Assembly: GCA_963706515.1 (NCBI GenBank) | Contig: CAVPMW010000011.1 | Coordinates: 65,675 to 129,674 of the forward strand | DNA length: 64,000 nt | Direction: 5' to 3' | Source: an uncultured Chloroflexia bacterium | GTDB taxonomy: Bacteria > Chloroflexota > Anaerolineae > Anaerolineales > UBA4823 | In this document: one piece after another, positions 61,370-64,000 of the stretch | Position numbering within the stretch: the first letter of the stretch is position 1 | Layout of the letters: the number at the start of each line of letters is the position of its first letter | The notes under the pieces: generated by a model | Seen by the model: the letters and a program-made list of their open reading frames with translations, nothing else | Databases searched by the model: none | What the model was told of the DNA's origin: nothing | Position numbers and translations under genes: made by a program

Positions 61370-62434
61370 CTATAAACGAACAGACGCCCCAATAGAAGAA
61401 GATTCGTAAATGGCATCGATGATTTTCATCACTTGAATTGCATCGTCGGCGGGGCAGATACACGAGATATTCTGTAGAATACAATCTACGAAATGATTGA
61501 TCTCTGTGTCCAGACATTTACCCCAATTTAAGGTGTCATCATCAAGGATGGGTTTTAGGTCGACCAGATAATCATTTTGCTCATTGAAGACCTCGAACCC
61601 GGGCTCAACTCTGGCGCCAGCCTTTTCCCCAAAAACGTCCATATATACAACCTCTTCTTTGGCTTTCATATGCATATCGAAACTCGACTCAAGAAATAAA
61701 GTGGCACCGTTATTAAATTTGACCATTGCAGTTGCCAGATCTTCAGTGTCAAATTTTCCCATCTCATAATCCGCGGTTTTGTACCAGTCGATCCCTTTAA
61801 GATTGGATCGTTTGCCAAACTTGTTGAAGGTGCTGGCAAATACATATTCTGGCTCGGGGTTGCCCATTAAATAAAGAGCTATGTCGATCATATGCACCCC
61901 CAGGTCAATCAGCGGTCCGCCTCCAGATAATTCCTTCGTTGCGAACCAGCCGCCTGGATTCCCGCATCTGCGGATGTAGCCGGTTTTAATATAATAAATC
62001 TCACCGAACGACCCTGCTTGCGAGAATTCTTTCAAGTACTGTATTTTCTCAGAGAATCTACCATTAAAACCGAACATCAGCAGTTTCCCATTCTTTTTAG
62101 CAGTATCAACCATCCGAATAGCATCTTCCGCATTCATGCCCGGTGGTTTTTCGCATAGGACGTGCTTCCCTGCATCCAGGGCTGCAATCGTAAATTCGGA
62201 GTGAGTAAAATTCGGAGTTACGATGTTTACCGCGTCGATATCCTCCCTGAGGATTAATTTCCGATAGTCATCATAAACGGTTTTGATCCCAAAATCTCTA
62301 GCTTTCTTTTCAGCATTATGTATATTCTTATCACATAATGCGATAACTTCTACCGCAGGATTGGAGGCATAGGCTTTGATATGATTGACCGCCATGCCCC
62401 CTGCACCGATAACTCCGACTCTCACTTTTTTCAT
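61370..62434 (-). CDS. Gfo/Idh/MocA-family NAD(P)-dependent oxidoreductase
   Basis: The N-terminus is MKKVRVGVIGAGGMAVNH, followed by the EKP motif (VLCEKPPG). The 354-aa ORF is intact. Confidence 0.9.
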   Translation of the reverse strand: MKKVRVGVIGAGGMAVNHIKAYASNPAVEVIALCDKNIHNAEKKARDFGIKTVYDDYRKLILREDIDAVNIVTPNFTHSEFTIAALDAGKHVLCEKPPGMNAEDAIRMVDTAKKNGKLLMFGFNGRFSEKIQYLKEFSQAGSFGEIYYIKTGYIRRCGNPGGWFATKELSGGGPLIDLGVHMIDIALYLMGNPEPEYVFASTFNKFGKRSNLKGIDWYKTADYEMGKFDTEDLATAMVKFNNGATLFLESSFDMHMKAKEEVVYMDVFGEKAGARVEPGFEVFNEQNDYLVDLKPILDDDTLNWGKCLDTEINHFVDCILQNISCICPADDAIQVMKIIDAIYESSSIGASVRL

Positions 62435-62463
62435 TTGAAAGCGTCCTTCCGGATAGCCTGTTG

Positions 62464-63808
62464 TTATTCTTGCCTGAATTTAGGCAGGTAAGCGCTCTGG
62501 GCAAGGATCAATTCGTCTGCCAGCCGCACAGCTATATCAGGCGATTGAACTGCGCCATCCAGGATTAATGCCTGAATGAATTTCTCCCGATTTCCTTCCA
62601 TTGCGGCTTCTGTGACGACCTGGGTCCAGGCAAACCGTGCTGCTACAATGCCGGCTGCTGCAGTTGGCAAGCTGGATTGCTGGATTGCATGGATTCCAAG
62701 CCCATCGGTCAAAGCAGGCGTTTCCACAATCATGCCCTCTGGAAGGTTAGGCGCCTGACCGGTGTTGGGTAAATTGGCGAAAAATACTTTCTTCTCGTTT
62801 CTCAGGATCGCTTGAATGATCTCGACGACCTGCTCTTGCTCACCACTCTGTTTATCCAAATAAGCAGCGTCATGCATATCGTCATAGATCTTGTCACCGA
62901 ACCTGATCGTTTCTTCAAAACTGAATTCATCAATCCCCAAGGTTTTTCCATAATAACTGCCGTCCCGGAATAATTGAGGGAAGAACTCTGTGACATGCCG
63001 GTCCATGGGAGCAGGGAAGGCGTCGAACCAATCCAGGCATTGCCAGCTGAATGGGTGGTCGAAAGAGGACTCAAATGGTTTACCGCAATGAGGAATGGAA
63101 GCCATCCCTGTTTTTGCCTGGTCGACTGCTAAACGAGTGTTTTCGACGACTCGGTGGGCGTGATCTTTGAGCGTCGGTTTTGCATCTCTTCCATTGGCAT
63201 AAATTTCGGAGAACCACGTCAGGTGGTTAATCCCGGCTGCGTTGAGTGATATCTCTCCGGCTTCGACCTTCAGCGTTTTGGACAGATATTGTATTGCTTC
63301 CCAGGTACCTATGCACAATCCTATAACTGATGCTCCGGTTACTTTAGTTAACAGCATAGCAGATGGGAGCCATTGGATTTGCATAGTTAAAAAATAATGA
63401 ATCAGGAGCAAGATCTATGACATCCTGAGCGATATCTACCATCGCGGGGATCATGCGTAATGCCCGAGAAGTACCGCCTGGACCAACCGAATCGCCGACC
63501 GGCATGAAAATGCCATATTTGCGCGGGATAAAGACATCCTGTTCCCAGGCACGCCTGCCTCCGACGCCGATGGTCGTAATAACTGCGGTTGCATCTCTGA
63601 GCAGTTTGCGGCGCTCCATTCCCGCGCTCAATTTAATTGAGCTATTACCGGAATGGATCATTTTTTTCGATAATTTTTTGGCAGTATCGAGTGCAATCGG
63701 ATCGATGTCGACCAAAGCAAGCTCCGCCTTGATCCCTGCTTTGATGAGATCAGAAACTACCCCGATCGTAAACATTGCACTTCCGGCTCCAATCAAGACA
63801 ATTTTCAT
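62464..63808 (-). pseudogene. glycoside hydrolase family 4 (NAD+/Mn2+-dependent glycosidase), one frameshift near 63350-63410
   Basis: ORF 63344..63808 ([13 protein letters not shown]...[11 protein letters not shown]) is colinear with ORF 62464..63411 (GLCIGTWEAIQYL...AAGINHLTWF). Confidence 0.8.
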
Positions 63809-63904
63809 GGCTTCGATTCCTTATATTTCCTCATATCGACATATTGAGGGCGTCGGCCTTTAGTAGGAATGCATTGTTGAAGCGTCTATAAAAATCAGAC
63901 AGCC

Positions 63905-63955
63905 TTGACAATCTCATTATTTAGTATATACTACTAGTTATGTAGTATATACTAC
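63905..63955 (+). promoter_or_regulatory. second copy of the TTGACA-N16-TATACT promoter with the same paired palindromic operators
   Basis: ttgaca at 63905-63910 and tatact at 63927-63932. tagtatatacta is at 63922-63933 and gtagtatatactac at 63942-63955. The spacing is identical to 56615-56665. Confidence 0.7.
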
Positions 63956-63965
63956 CTGGGTTTAT

Positions 63966-64000
63966 ATGTCAACCAATACCCCGTCGAAATCTCCTTGGAG
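63966..64000 (+). CDS. start of an unidentified gene running off the right edge (MSTNTPSKSPW...)
   Basis: ATG at 63966 lies about 30 nt downstream of the predicted -10 element. Only 11 codons are visible. Confidence 0.3.
   Translation, partial: MSTNTPSKSPW

Overview
Read by eye only; no searches were run, and all family calls come from recognised motifs. The window looks chromosomal. Most of it is GC-rich (roughly 58-62% by eye). One gene at 50.9-52.0 kb is markedly GC-richer, and from about 55.6 kb to the right edge there is a low-GC island of roughly 40%. Gene content is compatible with a Chloroflexota- or Actinomycetota-like bacterium: F420-type flavoenzymes, a giant STAND/WD40 gene and GGAGG ribosome-binding sites. 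This taxonomic guess is inference only.

I can support about 60 protein-coding loci, plus repeats, terminators and operator or promoter sites. I found no rRNA, intact tRNA or CRISPR array. About one third of the loci are broken by frameshifts. The breaks cluster in blocks, and two of them sit in T6/T7 homopolymers. I cannot tell assembly indels from real gene decay, so these loci are typed as pseudogene with that caveat.

Main points, left to right:
- 6.4-13.2 kb: a phosphorelay block. It holds a GAF-PAS-GAF-HK-REC-REC-HPt hybrid kinase, a REC-HK, and a REC fused to a thioredoxin-reductase-like flavoprotein that lacks the CxxC motif.
- 14.6 kb: a 95-bp MITE-like insertion at the end of an E2-like gene.
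- 26-37 kb: the strongest candidate system. A giant pseudokinase-STAND NTPase-TM-WD40 protein ends in a solute-binding-like domain. It sits next to an SBP-vWA protein, an XpaC-like protein, an SBP lipoprotein and TelA.
- 42.3-44.5 kb: a small cassette with HigBA, a tRNA 3' fragment and a membrane protein, bracketed by a roughly 150-bp direct repeat whose end looks like a decayed tRNA 3' end.
- 47.7-50.9 kb: a Zur-type zinc uptake locus.
- 55.6-64 kb: the low-GC island. Its left edge carries a third copy of the repeat tail and a transposase remnant. It encodes a non-pyrrolysine MttB-family protein embedded among sugar-type oxidoreductases, a TIM-barrel isomerase and a GH4 glycosidase. Two identical promoter/operator modules (TTGACA-N16-TATACT plus paired GTAGTATATACTAC palindromes) appear to control it.
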